Positions 52,541-64,000 of a stretch of DNA of 64,000 bases are shown here, in pieces. Within the stretch, counting starts at the first letter, position 1, and each line of letters starts with the position of its first letter. This DNA is from Podarcis melisellensis (Eukaryota). The notes beneath the pieces are model-generated. The model had not been told where the DNA came from, did not search any database, and saw nothing but the letters and a program-made list of their open reading frames with translations. The translations under genes and the position numbers were made by a program. The stretch lies in NCBI GenBank assembly GCA_964234715.1, contig OZ174277.1; one strand, 5' to 3'.

Positions 52541-54721
52541 AAGAAAGGTGGCAATGGCACTGTTATCTTCTACTTTGAAAACCTATTACTTTAATTACAG
52601 ATTCATTACTACCTTCCAGCAAGGTCAGGGAGGTATTTCTAGGGACTATAAAGGTTATGATGAGATGAAAGCTGTACAGTTCAAAACTCTAAACTTTTAA
52701 AAATGCTAATCTCAAACGTTTTTAGTTCTCCTGAAGAAAAAATCCAATGTGTGTACAATTCCATAGTATGTTGTACTGAAAACTGATCCGTGAACGATCT
52801 GTTAGCATTGCTCACTGTCATACTGCAGTTAAGAAATTACCGTACTTCCAGAGGGTTTATGTATCTGGGAATTTTTTGCCACCAATGGCAAGCATACAGG
52901 GGCTTTGAAGGACAGTATCACATTCCCAACTTGCTCTGATTTGCCTAAATATCAATGTCATAATCACCACCATAATCGATAACCTCATTTTCTTTTTTTT
53001 CAACAATCATTTTCATAATGCTCCTTGATATACAAATGTAAACAATATGCATAGACTCCTATCCACCAACTTGGAGCAGATATAGGATCTTTAGTGTATA
53101 TAACAGAGTTTAGCGCATGCATAGGTGCTTGCTCTCCTCATTTCATGACAATAGCAATATAGCAGAATATGAGCCACAGCTCTGCAAAGCTCTGTGCATA
53201 TATGCCCACCTACTCATTTAAAGCATGCAAAAAAGGGGGAGGGGGGAAGTCTCAGAAACCCAACTTTTAGCTTCTAGCAAAAGCCATGCTAAAATGTATA
53301 CTGTTTATTCTAAATGAAATGGCCAATAAAATAACATAACTAGCCCATGCTGTTTTAAAATACATATTTCCAAACAATACAGTAAAATAACAAGTTAACC
53401 CTTATGCAGCACAGCCAAAGCAAAGAAATTCTAAAAACAGACACATAACGTTGCTACTATTGATATCTCCATTAGCCAAAGTGGCATTATATCAGCATTA
53501 ATAATAATCCCATCTGGGCTAGTACCGTAAATTTTGACAAGCAAACGGTTGCATCCAATTTTCCTCAGTAAAATCTCACATTGCCAAAGCTATCCTTTGA
53601 AAGGCACCATATTGCTGCATGTTATTTTTCCCAACTTCATATATGTGTTTACCTTTTTACAACTCTTGTTGTAATCCTAGATTATTTATCTGCAGAATTG
53701 TAGGGGGAAACTGGACTTCTTCTGAAAACGTATTTTCTTATGGAACTAAACCTAACACGATTCCCCTAAACATTTCCTCGGAATAAAAGCTCCTTCCAAC
53801 AACGTGCTTTTATGAAGATGCTCTAAAGGAAAACCAAAATTAAACATAAAGAATGAGGCTATTATTTATTATGACTCATCATTTTGATGTAGATCCCAGT
53901 TGTGGCATCCAAGACAATTTAGAATAGTATCAGCAGGGTATTGGTTCTATTCAGCTTCTGCTAAGGGAACAGGGCAGGCAATTTTCATCTGGTCAGCAAC
54001 TGTGAGAACAGAACGCTGGACTAGGCAGCCTCATCCAGCAAGTTCATGTATTGTTAATCCATTGTTATATCAGGAGATATACCTGTTCATCCTTTGATCG
54101 TGTTATCATAACTCAAACATGGCCTGTTGCGGTTCACATTTTGTTAAAACTTTTATGATCGCAGCACAATCTGGTGGTTTGCAAAAATAATGTTATTGGT
54201 TTCAATTCTCCTGACAGTATTGCGAGCATAACTCACTTAATTTACAGTACTGCTACTGTTATTCATTACCCATCATCAAGTAGCCATTTGCATGCCCCCA
54301 GGGGTATTGTAATTTGCCTGTCTATTAGTTGGCAAACAAGGGAATACCACACAGATCGCATTAGTTTGCTTACTGCAAAATTCTCCATGATCCCTAATCC
54401 TAACACCCACCAGCAGAGCCTCACTTCTGGAATAGCCTCTCTCTCTTTGTCTCTCTCTCTCATGCCACTTCCTGTACCCCAACGCAAGCTTTGCCTTAGC
54501 ACCCATTGACTCTCAAGGCCAGAGTGGAATGTGGTTAGGTGGTCAGCCGCTAGAAAGGGGAGGCAGGAGAAATTGTGGACACACATCCTTGTCTGACAAG
54601 GAATGAGCAGAAGCTGCTTTAGGAACTCTTCCAAGCCAAGTGATGGTATTTAGAGATTAAAATCTCTAGTATATTGACTATTTGTGTTGGAAACTCGCTG
54701 CACACCAAGTTCAACCTACCT

Positions 54722-54844
54722 TAAGGTTACCAGACGTCCCTGTTTCCCGGGGACAGTCCCCGGATTTACAAATCAGTCCCCATACAAAACCCACTGAAGT
54801 TGAAAAGTGTCCCTGGATTCATTGGAAAAAAACTGGTAACCTTA
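54722..54844. mobile_element. hAT (Tip100-like) MITE, 123 bp
   Basis: Perfect 12-bp TIRs taaggttaccag / ctggtaacctta; 8-bp TSD acctacct / gcctacct. Confidence 0.88.
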
Positions 54845-55197
54845 GCCTACCTACCCCAGCACACAAACTCTGCACAGGACAGAGTTCCAACACATCTCTT
54901 ACATTCCTCCTGGAATGAAGCAGAAGCGCCGCAAAAATAAGTCAATATTCAGCAGGGTGTACGCCTCACAGGGAAACCTGAAATGAGACCAGCGTGAGTC
55001 ACTGGTGCAGACTCTGCTTATTTCCACGACACATAATAATCTACATCTGTGGGGCAAGATTAAAGGTAGATATGTAGATGTTGGGGATCAGGTGCACATT
55101 AGCTTAAACCCAATACATATACAGTATATGAACCTCTGAATTTGGTGCAGACATAATGCAAGAGAATAGTAAGTCAACATAAAAGGAAGTACATGAT

Positions 55198-55202
<5 letters not shown>

Positions 55203-55254
<52 letters not shown>

Positions 55255-55256
55255 AC
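55203..55256. repeat. (TC)n(AC)n compound microsatellite
   Basis: Seen directly. Confidence 0.95.
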
Positions 55257-58200
55257 TGACTAAAAAAAATACTACACAGGAGTGTTTAAGTGAAAGATGC
55301 TCATAACAATAGCGATAATGACAACAGTATCAGTAATGACGCAACTGTATCTAAACTGTCCATGATTTCAGATGCCCTATATGTTGGGCAGTGTGAGGGT
55401 ACCAAAGCTACCCTGAGTCCTGGGCTGTGATGGAGAAGGGAGATCCAGTCCCCACCTGTTCACCCACCTTTCCAAGAAACTAACTTCCTGCCACCAGGTT
55501 TAAAAAAATTCCTACAAGGCTGCTTTACACCATTCAGTCCAAAAAAATAAAGGCCTTGTATATCTCCCCAAGAGCTTTCCAGGTAGCATGTGATTCGGCT
55601 TCAAACAGAGACCACAAGGGTTTTAATGAAGCAAAGATAAAATTTTACTAAAAGGCAAACAAAAGGTTCCTAGAAAGAAAAGGCTTAACAAGAAAAGGTT
55701 ATAGCAACTTTTAATGAAAAAAGAATATTCTCAAAGGGCCTAAAATAAAATATAATTTTCAAAGTATATAAACTGAACTGTAATGGAATAGGAACTCTGG
55801 GTTTTTAAGGAGAATTCTTAAAAACAACTTTCAAAACCACAGTGAAGTTTTCTACTTCAGAGCATAAACTGATGAATCGTATCGTGAGTAGAGAAAGAAG
55901 TTGCTAATAAAATGCATCCAAATGGCCTTAGGCTGCCATCCAGCACCTAGATACATATATTTAATTCCATTGACTTCAAAGGGATCAGGAATACATCACT
56001 GGCTGAAGAACTGCAGGCCCAGAATGCTATTCGCATAAAGTTAAGTACACTTAAGTCCCCCCACAACCATTAAAAAGAAAAATCTGCCAGCACTGCAGGT
56101 AGACAGAACAATGCAAAATTTCAAGTCACGTTAATATTAATGAAGATTCAAAAGCAACAGTCTCTTTAAAAGAGAAAGTTGGCAGGACCAAGAAGTAGAA
56201 ACACTGCACCTTGTCTCAGAAAAGATGTGAAGGAATGTTCTGCATGGCTACACACAACTTTCTATGCTTTTTCAGCAGAGGTTATGTTCACCTATAATGT
56301 GTCTTCCATCTTAATGTGTGAAAAGAGCTGAATTATGTACAAAGAAAGTGGGGAAAAGCACGACGGTAATGAAAATTAAGTTTGCGAGTCAAAATGGAAG
56401 GTGCATGAAAGAATAAGAGAGCAAACCTTTTTGAAACTTCAGGACCTTGTTTAAAAAAAAGTGGAAGTAGTGGGAAACAAAGAGGAAATCCATGGGTGCT
56501 TCCGCATGGCAGCTTCTCTAGCCATCATAACACCAACAAAGAAATCTGAACAGAAGGGGACTCATTTCATTTCACAGGGTGGAGGTTTACTGCTTTAGTA
56601 GTTGAGATTTGGTGCTGCTGCTGCCCAAGCTGAGACCCAAGGCCTTTTAGAGTGGAAGTATGTGATTCAGGCAATTGGTTCATCTAGCTTGGAAATTTCT
56701 TCAAGGACTGGCAGAAGCAATCCAGTGTTTTAGACAAGAGACTTGCCCAGCCCTACTGGGAAATCCCTGGGATTGAACCAAAGTTATTTTGCATGCAGAG
56801 CATAGCTGGTCTACCACTCAGCTGGATCTCTTCCCTGTGTGACTTTCAGGTATCAGGTGTGGTTCACATGCTGTGCTAAGCCAAACCAGGTGAATGAGCA
56901 AACATGCAGGATCCTGGAGAGGAGATTGTGACCATTTTGCTCCTTCCCAGACATTTTGCTGCTGCACTGTACTACGTCAGAGTTAGAACAAGTCCTGGCT
57001 GCATCATGGTTAATGAGAAAAGTTTAGACAACGCACCAAGTCAAACCTTCACTTAACTCAGCATGGTAGTAAAAAGGACTAGAGAGGATCAAAATGACTT
57101 CAGGCTCCTATCTTAGAGCCTCCACATTCATGTGGTCTCAAGTGTTGCACAAACCAGGCCAGTTGAGAATAATTGAGAAACACCATGCAGAACTTTGGAC
57201 CTACGTATAAATACCTGAACTATTTAAACCTAGTCAGCTTTCATATTATTAAAACCTCTGTGGTTTAAGAAACATGTGTGAAAGGCATTCTACAAACTTG
57301 AAGCAAGGCCCAGCTCCTTGCTGGGAAGCCGTCATTGGGAATGAAACCCAATACCATTTTTTTCATAAAATGGACATCTTGTATTATACTTATAACATAA
57401 GGAAGTATCCCATGGGTTTCTTTTGGCTTTGACTTTCATGCCTCTAGCTGATGTTTCATAATCTTTCCAGTCAGCGTAAAGATGAAATTTCATATCCCAG
57501 AAAACTATCACATTTTCATTCAGGCAAAAATGCAATTTCCCTGTCAGGCTAAAATGTGCACAATTCTGTTAACCTTGACACAGAACTCGTTGGGTCAGGT
57601 GTGAATTTTTCTTAGGTTTATATCTTGGAGAGAGCCAATGGCATTTATAATGTGAGCATATTAAAATTACTAAAGGGGTTGTTTCTTGCCACCACCTACC
57701 AATTTTAAAAAACATGTTCCTATTAACTATAATTTAGTTTTGTAATTTGTTCCAGAGATTTTAAATCCACAGTCAGTACCAGGCATCATATATGCAACAG
57801 CTGGGACTAGAGTTATGTATTAGTATGGGGTCATTATTATTCTCATTATAGTAAATTATATTCTTGCAAGAATTAAAAAATACTGATTCAGAAACATACT
57901 ATCATTAGAATTAAAAGCAAGCTGCGAGCTAATTTGAACAAAACTATAGTAAAGGATGCAATGTTAATTTTTGGAATTTGGTTTTATCTTCTTCTTTTTC
58001 CAACCTCCCCTCTGGTGGTTGTGATCACTTCATCACATCCTATGCCTAAGTTTCTAGTTTACCATACCACTGTTAAAAAAAAAAGGAAGAAATTTGTGCA
58101 AAAAGGGGGGGGGATAAATAAGTTAATCAAATGATCACTATTAAGAATGCTGCTAAAAAACCATTTTCCTTGATGGTTTTTTACAATAGTCCAAGCAAAT

Positions 58201-58714
58201 TAAAATATAGCTCATTTAAGCACGAAGGGACAAATGGGAATTTCACCTAGAACAAGAAGGCACATCATCCTGGTCTCATGAAAAGGGGTTTTGGCCTCAC
58301 AGTATCTAACAGCAGATAATGGAGGGCAGGGCAGGGTGATAGAGTGTTAACATTAGGTCTGCTACATGTCTGGACAATCCTATACAGAAATTAAGGGATA
58401 ATGATTACTTTAATGTGTCTCTGCTGCATGATGTTGAAGGCAGGAAGCATGTGATGTCAAGCTGGCAGAAGAGGTGGAGGGTCTTAATATATTCCTAGTC
58501 ATACTTCAGATGTATATGTAGTGGGGCCAGGATGAGGAAAATGTCTCTACAAAATGCAATATTCTGAATCACATGGCACAGGAAAGCCAATGTGCCCTCC
58601 AGCTATTCTTGGGACTACAACTCCCATCATCTCTGGGCATTACTGACTGGGACAAATGGGAGCTGGCATCCAACACTGTTTCTAAACAAGTTTTTTTGGC
58701 ATTAAAAGTGTTGT

Positions 58715-59590
58715 AAAGTCAGGCAATAAGAGGGGAGAGAGCCTTCTATGGTTAAGTACCGGGTTAAGGAGCAGGAAGCTAACAGCAGGAATGGACAGTT
58801 CTCCCAATGGAAGTCGCCTATAGAAAGCAAAGTTCCCCAAAGGTCAGTGTTGGGACCTGTGCTTTTTAACATGTGCGTTAATAATCTGAAACTAGGTGTG
58901 AGCAGTGAGGTAGCGTAGTTTGCAGATGATACCATTTTGCCCTATTGTAGTTAAATAAAAAGTGACCTCTCTCAACTGGATGAATGGGAAGCAAAGAGGT
59001 AAATGCAATTACCGTATTTTTCGCTCTATAGGATGCACCAGACCATAGGACGCACCTTTTTTTAGAGGGGGAGAACAAGAAAAAACCCCCCCCCTTTCTG
59101 CTCAGCGCCCCTTCAGCGAAGCGGCAGGAGAAACAGAGCCCCTTCCATTTCTCCTCCCGCTTGGCTGAAGGGGCGCTGCACAGCTCTCCCTCTCTGCTGA
59201 AGCCTGGAGAGTCTTGCTCTCCTGGCTTCAGCGAAAGGAACCTGAAGCCTGTGGAGCGCAGCGGGAACTCACGCTGCGCTCTGCAGGCTTCAGGTGGCTA
59301 TCCCTGAGGCCTGGAGAGCGAGAGGGGTCGGTGCACACCGACCCCTCTCACTCTCCAGGCTTCAGCAAAAGCAAAGTGAAGCCTCCAGTGCACGGAGGGA
59401 GAGCTCCCTCTGTGCTTCAGAGGCTTCGCGTTGCTATCGCTGAAGCCAAGGAGCTTGCATTCGCTCCATAGGATGCACACACATTTCCCCTTAAATTTTG
59501 GAGGGGGAAAAGTGGGTCCTATAGAGCAAAAAATACGGTAAATGTAAGCAACAATAAAGTGATAAACATTAGGGCAATAAAGTACTTCAC
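58715..59590 (+). mobile_element. CR1 LINE reverse-transcriptase fragment, interrupted by a MITE
   Basis: Decayed coding for NGQFSQW..VPQRSVLGPVLFN..NNLKLGVSSEVA*FADDT; resumes after the MITE with aatgtaagc..aaagtgataaacattagggca (NVSK.KV..IGA-like). Confidence 0.8.
59012..59538. mobile_element. Tc1/mariner-superfamily MITE (CCGTA termini), 527 bp
   Basis: 22-bp TIRs ccgtatttttcgctctatagga / tcctatagagcaaaaaatacgg (1 mismatch), TA on both sides, GC-rich repeated interior (gaagcctgga..). Confidence 0.9.
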
Positions 59591-59592
59591 AT

Positions 59593-59757
59593 AAAAGGTA
59601 AAGGTAAAAGGTAAAGGACCCCTAGACGGTTAAGTCCAGTCAAAGGCGACTATGGGGTTGTGGTGCTCATCTCGCTTTCAGGCCGAGGGAACCGGTGTTT
59701 GTTCACAGACAGTTTTCTGGATCATGTGGCCAGAATGACTAAACTGCTTCTGGTGCA
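59593..59757 (-). mobile_element. Sauria SINE 3' half (different subfamily from 23840)
   Basis: (aaaggt)n tail, ggacccct..agtccagtc, ctcatctcgcttt..ggccgaggga, catgtggccag..tgactaa. Confidence 0.85.
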
Positions 59758-61457
59758 CAGAATTGTATAATCTGCATTTATACAATAAAGCCACTCTGCA
59801 GCATGCTACACCAATTTTAAAAAAGAATATGTAATAATAGATTGCTCTGTTAAATCATCTTAAATAATTTTAATACACTATGTGTACTGAAAAGAAAGAG
59901 AAGTATGGGGTAGAAATACACCTCTTGACAATGTACCACTCATACATTTGACAACATCAGCACTCAAGCCCACAGTGGGTCCTCAAACTGGTGAACTGAA
60001 AAATGCTAGGAGGAGATTCATTGCCAATCCAGACAAAAGTGGGCAAAGGAAATAACAGCAGAAATCAATTCCATCAGATACAGATGCTTCCTTACACTTT
60101 TTCGGTAGGATTCACCTAATGAGCTCCAATTCCTCTTAATGGAGCTTGTGCAGAAGAAATGCCAACTTGTTTGTCCCAATGGGATATGTGTCCTTAGCCG
60201 CATGGGCTGGTGGTGTCCTGAATATTTAAATCATGAGCTGAAACCATGTTTATTCAAAAGGAAGTAAAACATTTTTCTAAAAATCACAGATTCTGTCCCA
60301 CAAGGCATATACTGATCAAAGGATAAACATTTTTGCAAAGCCACATCTCTACATTACTTCTGCAACCTTTTATACATGGCAGCTGGCATCAAGAGAGAAA
60401 ACTCATTAACATGCTAATGATGCGTCCCATTTAAAATTCTAGCCCTGATTATTATGTGATTAAATCTCTTCCCTTGACTTCTGCTTCCTTCTATCTAAGT
60501 AACAGTAAGTAAGGCATCAACAATAGAAAAGCAGAAAGACCTGTCTGTCAGTCTCACTCATACATTTATTTGCAACCATTTTAAATATTGAGAGGCAGCT
60601 CTCCTCTTAAGAAACACAAATTTGGAGGAAGTCTTCTGGACACCTGCAATTAACCTTATTATTTTAACAGAACCATTTACCTTTCCCTGTTTATAAAGTT
60701 GGGTTACAAGACAATGTTTGTAGTGGTACTGGAAACTATAGGAAATAAGGAGACTCTCATTGAGTTTGCATGGCAAAATCTTGAAATGCTGAATATCATG
60801 CAGAATTACTCTTAAAACCTCAGTGGTCAGTGGGTTATCCATTTTATGAACTCTACTAATGTAGGTCATGCTTAGAGATGGTGACAGGCTCAAGACTGCT
60901 AATTGACCTTTATAAAGTTGACTGGGGATTTGAACCAAGGTCTCCCCAATCCAAGTTCAACATATCCATGGTTCTACAATCTTTATAACATCTATTCTAC
61001 ACCTAAACTTGCTTCAAAAAAAATAAACCTGCTAATGTTGCTTATTATTCTGTGAAAGACTTGTTAAAATGACATTTAAAAAAAAACATTTTTTCCAACA
61101 ATTAGAACAAATTAAATAATATATCTAATGTGTTCTTGGGTCTCTTTCGCATGGATGTTCTAAATTAGATTTCCGAAGTATGTCTATCTGAAGCTTTTAT
61201 CATTTAACACTGGTGGTTTTTAAATAGGGCATTTTGCTATTTCTGTTTCATACAGAATCGCCCTGCAATAGTGTTTAGTGGAGAGTGGGCCCCAGGGTGA
61301 AATATATGAGGGCTTATACCCACAACCATTTTCCTAAAAAACAAACATATTTTGGCAGCTACTTTATGGCAGCAATGTGGCACTTGCTCTCAGGAACAGA
61401 TTCATCAGTGAATATTTCTTATGTGATATACAGGCAAATAGATACATGATAAATGTA

Positions 61458-62103
61458 CAGTGGTACCTTGGTTCTCAAATGCCTTAGTTTTCAAATGCCG
61501 AAAACCCGGAAGTAAGTGTTCCGGTTTTCAAACATTTTTTGGAAGCCGAACATTCGATGCGGCTGTTGGCTATTGTTTCTGGGGCACCAGCACCAATCAG
61601 AAGCTGTGCCTTGGTTTTCGAACATTTCAGAAGTCAAACGAACTTCCGGAATGGATTAAGTTTGGCACTTTTGTTTTTGCTATTTATTTTGCATTTTTTG
61701 TTTTGGGGGCTTTTTCGGTTAATTTGTTTTTGTGACTGTGTGGAACCCAGTTCAGCTACTGATTAATTGTGTGACTACGGAAATGGATAAAAGCCCTCTA
61801 TCCAAACAATGACTATCATCTGTGCAGGCAAGATTTTTTTTAAAAAAAAAATATATCATTTACAATACTGTCTTATTTATTTTATAGTACAGTACATTGA
61901 TTGTTGCTTTCATTTTATGGATTAATGGTCTCATCAGATAGTAAAATTCATGTTAAATTGCTGTTTTAGGGGTTGTTTTTAAAAGTCTGGAACAGATTAA
62001 TCCATTTTGCATTACTTTCTATGGGAAAGCATGCCTTGGTTTTGGAACGCTTTGGTTTTGGAACTGACTTCCAGAACAGATTATGTTTGAGAACCAACCA
62101 CTG
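61458..62103. mobile_element. Tigger/pogo-like non-autonomous transposon, about 646 bp
   Basis: TA|cagtggtaccttggttctcaaa ... tttgagaaccaa(short deletion)ccactg|TA. Confidence 0.85.
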
Positions 62104-62932
62104 TATTTACAACACACCATTTAACACATTACCTGTGCCAAGAAATGGCAGCCAAAAATCATGTGTGTGAGAGAGTGATATGCACACCCCTTCCTCCAGC
62201 AGAGCCAGTTGTCACCCCTTGCTATCTGGTGGTTGTTTAAATTTTTAGTATTATCTAATTCCCACTTTGCTTGGCCTCATGGCCTAGTTCTGACATTCAA
62301 AACTTTTTAAATCTCTATTCCTCGTAGTATATTTGTGATGCTAATATTCATGGTAATTTATCCCATCCTTTAATTTATTTCAGTACATGTTCCTCAATAT
62401 TGCTTATAATTATTCCCAAAAAAAAAGACACACAGGCACAAAAGACTCTGGAGAGTGCCAGGATAATAATGTGGCCTTTCTATCAATATACAAAGATTGA
62501 ACTTGCACGCTAGTTCCTTACATAATAAAGAAGAGATTCAAAATCTACTTTTTCCACTCTACAGATAGGTGTGCTGTGTCTAATAACAGCACTCAATAGC
62601 CCGTCCTGTGTATGAACATATTTTATTTTTTGTTCAAACTGGTGAAAGATCATCTTTGGTTTTCATGCTACAAACCAATTTTATTCATTAATCTTGATAG
62701 TTAGATCCTGCCAACAGTTTTGGCAGCAAGTTTGTGAATAACTATTCCTTTGATTATTCAATCAGATCAAGTTGAGTTCATTTCAGGTAGAAAGGGCTCT
62801 GATCCAGGGCCTGCTTTTGGCATAATAACCAGATGAGAGAAAGCATTTGATCCAATTCACTGAAATTTTCTATATAGTGCCTCAGTGAATTTTAGCTTTC
62901 CAAATTGGTTGGTGTGAAGATGATGAAAAATA

Positions 62933-62945
62933 TGACATCTAGTGG
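62933..62945 (-). promoter_or_regulatory. Weaker CTCF-like motif
   Basis: Minus strand CCACTAGATGTCA. Confidence 0.4.
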
Positions 62946-64000
62946 TTGTGTAAATGGAACCCTCACAGATTTTCTTTTGGAAAGAGGGTACCAGGGCAGG
63001 CCTGACTTATCTTACACCCGGTGTTTGATCTGGTAACAGAACCTTTAGCTTGCATAAGCAGACAGTAAGGAAATAATGATTTGGCTTAGTGTTAACATGC
63101 AAACCAGGTCACCGAGACCACCATTATTTGGGGACATGAACACATGGTGATACTGGACACAGATGATGCTCTTTTGCCCACAATGGTTTGCTCGATTAAA
63201 ACAAATTAGAAGTTTCCATTATTTGGGGAGTTCTCTGGCTTCAGAATCAACAGGGGCAAAATTCATACCCTGATAAGGAAAACTAAGAAGGGCGTCAGAC
63301 AACTGCCAGTTTATATGGGTCTCTTATCATATTTGAAATAGCATCTTTGAAATATTCATTTGTGGATATACAACTAAACAAACTAGATTAAACTAAAGAA
63401 GAGCATATTAAATTACAGTTTCCATTAACTGGGTGTGATTTGCATTTCTAGAGTTATACATTTATCCCAATATTTTTAATTGTAAAGGATACCAGTTTGG
63501 GTTGGACTTAGCACAATTGCCTTGATTAAATGGATAGGCAGCCTCAAGTACATTACATTTGCTGATACATTTCTCAGCCTGCCAAATATTAACAGTTACG
63601 AAAGCTTAGCCACTCTTCCATGTTTTGATCCTTCTACTCATGCTTATATCAGTGTATGAAAATATGCAGAGAGCGCACAGGCAAATCTTTTAGAATAATT
63701 TTGTTAGAGGGTGTATACAGATGCTATCACATCCATTTGGCACTCATAGTAAATTTTATTCTTTGAATTGTGGAGATTTTATCAACTACCTGAGTCTGCA
63801 AAAAGTCAATGTATTTGAATGTGTTAATCTGGTCCCAATATAATCAGTGCTCAACCATCTACAAAATTTTGGAACCGAACCCACAGTATTTACGATGTAT
63901 ACCTATACATTTGATTAAGACTTTCAGACAAGAAGAATAATTAAGCTATTACATACTGCCATTCCCTACCAATACTTCACTGGTTAAGCTGCAAGCTATC

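Larger units (their letters stand above)
24734..64000 (-). other. DISC1: DISC1 intron 9 (partial)
   Basis: Upstream of the exon-10 acceptor; no exon-9-like sequence seen; this intron is very large in mammals. Confidence 0.7.

Noticed and set aside
55388-55710. Possible minus-strand LTR remnant starting TGTGAGGG
   Set aside because: No matching CA end or TSD found; too uncertain to call.
1-64000. CRISPR arrays, operons, endogenous viral coding regions or a novel multi-gene system
   Set aside because: The sequence is vertebrate intronic DNA; no regularly spaced repeat-spacer array, long ORF or viral protein motif was seen.

Overview
Vertebrate nuclear DNA from a squamate reptile, most likely a lacertid lizard (Podarcis/Lacerta/Zootoca type), judged from Sauria and Squam3-like SINEs and the MITE families. 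The window appears to lie entirely inside the DISC1 gene, transcribed on the minus strand. Two coding exons are recognisable: 24673-24733 (61 bp, equivalent to human exon 10) and 10938-11208 (271 bp, equivalent to human exon 11); they splice in frame. The rest is intron 9 (above 24733), intron 10 (11209-24672) and intron 11 (below 10938); exons 9 and 12 were not found. The introns carry L2, RTE-X-like, CR1 and Penelope-like fragments, SINEs, a solo LTR, many Tc1/mariner and hAT MITEs (two nested in LINEs), microsatellites, CTCF motifs and enhancer-like motif clusters. Almost all entries in the ORF track are spurious or repeat-derived. I found no new multi-gene system. The best leads are (i) a SINE whose apparent target-site duplication encloses 235 bp of extra 3' sequence, a candidate Pol III read-through 3' transduction, and (ii) absence of the mammalian DISC1 S713 phospho-switch residue and of S704. 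Family names and human residue numbers come from memory, not from a search.
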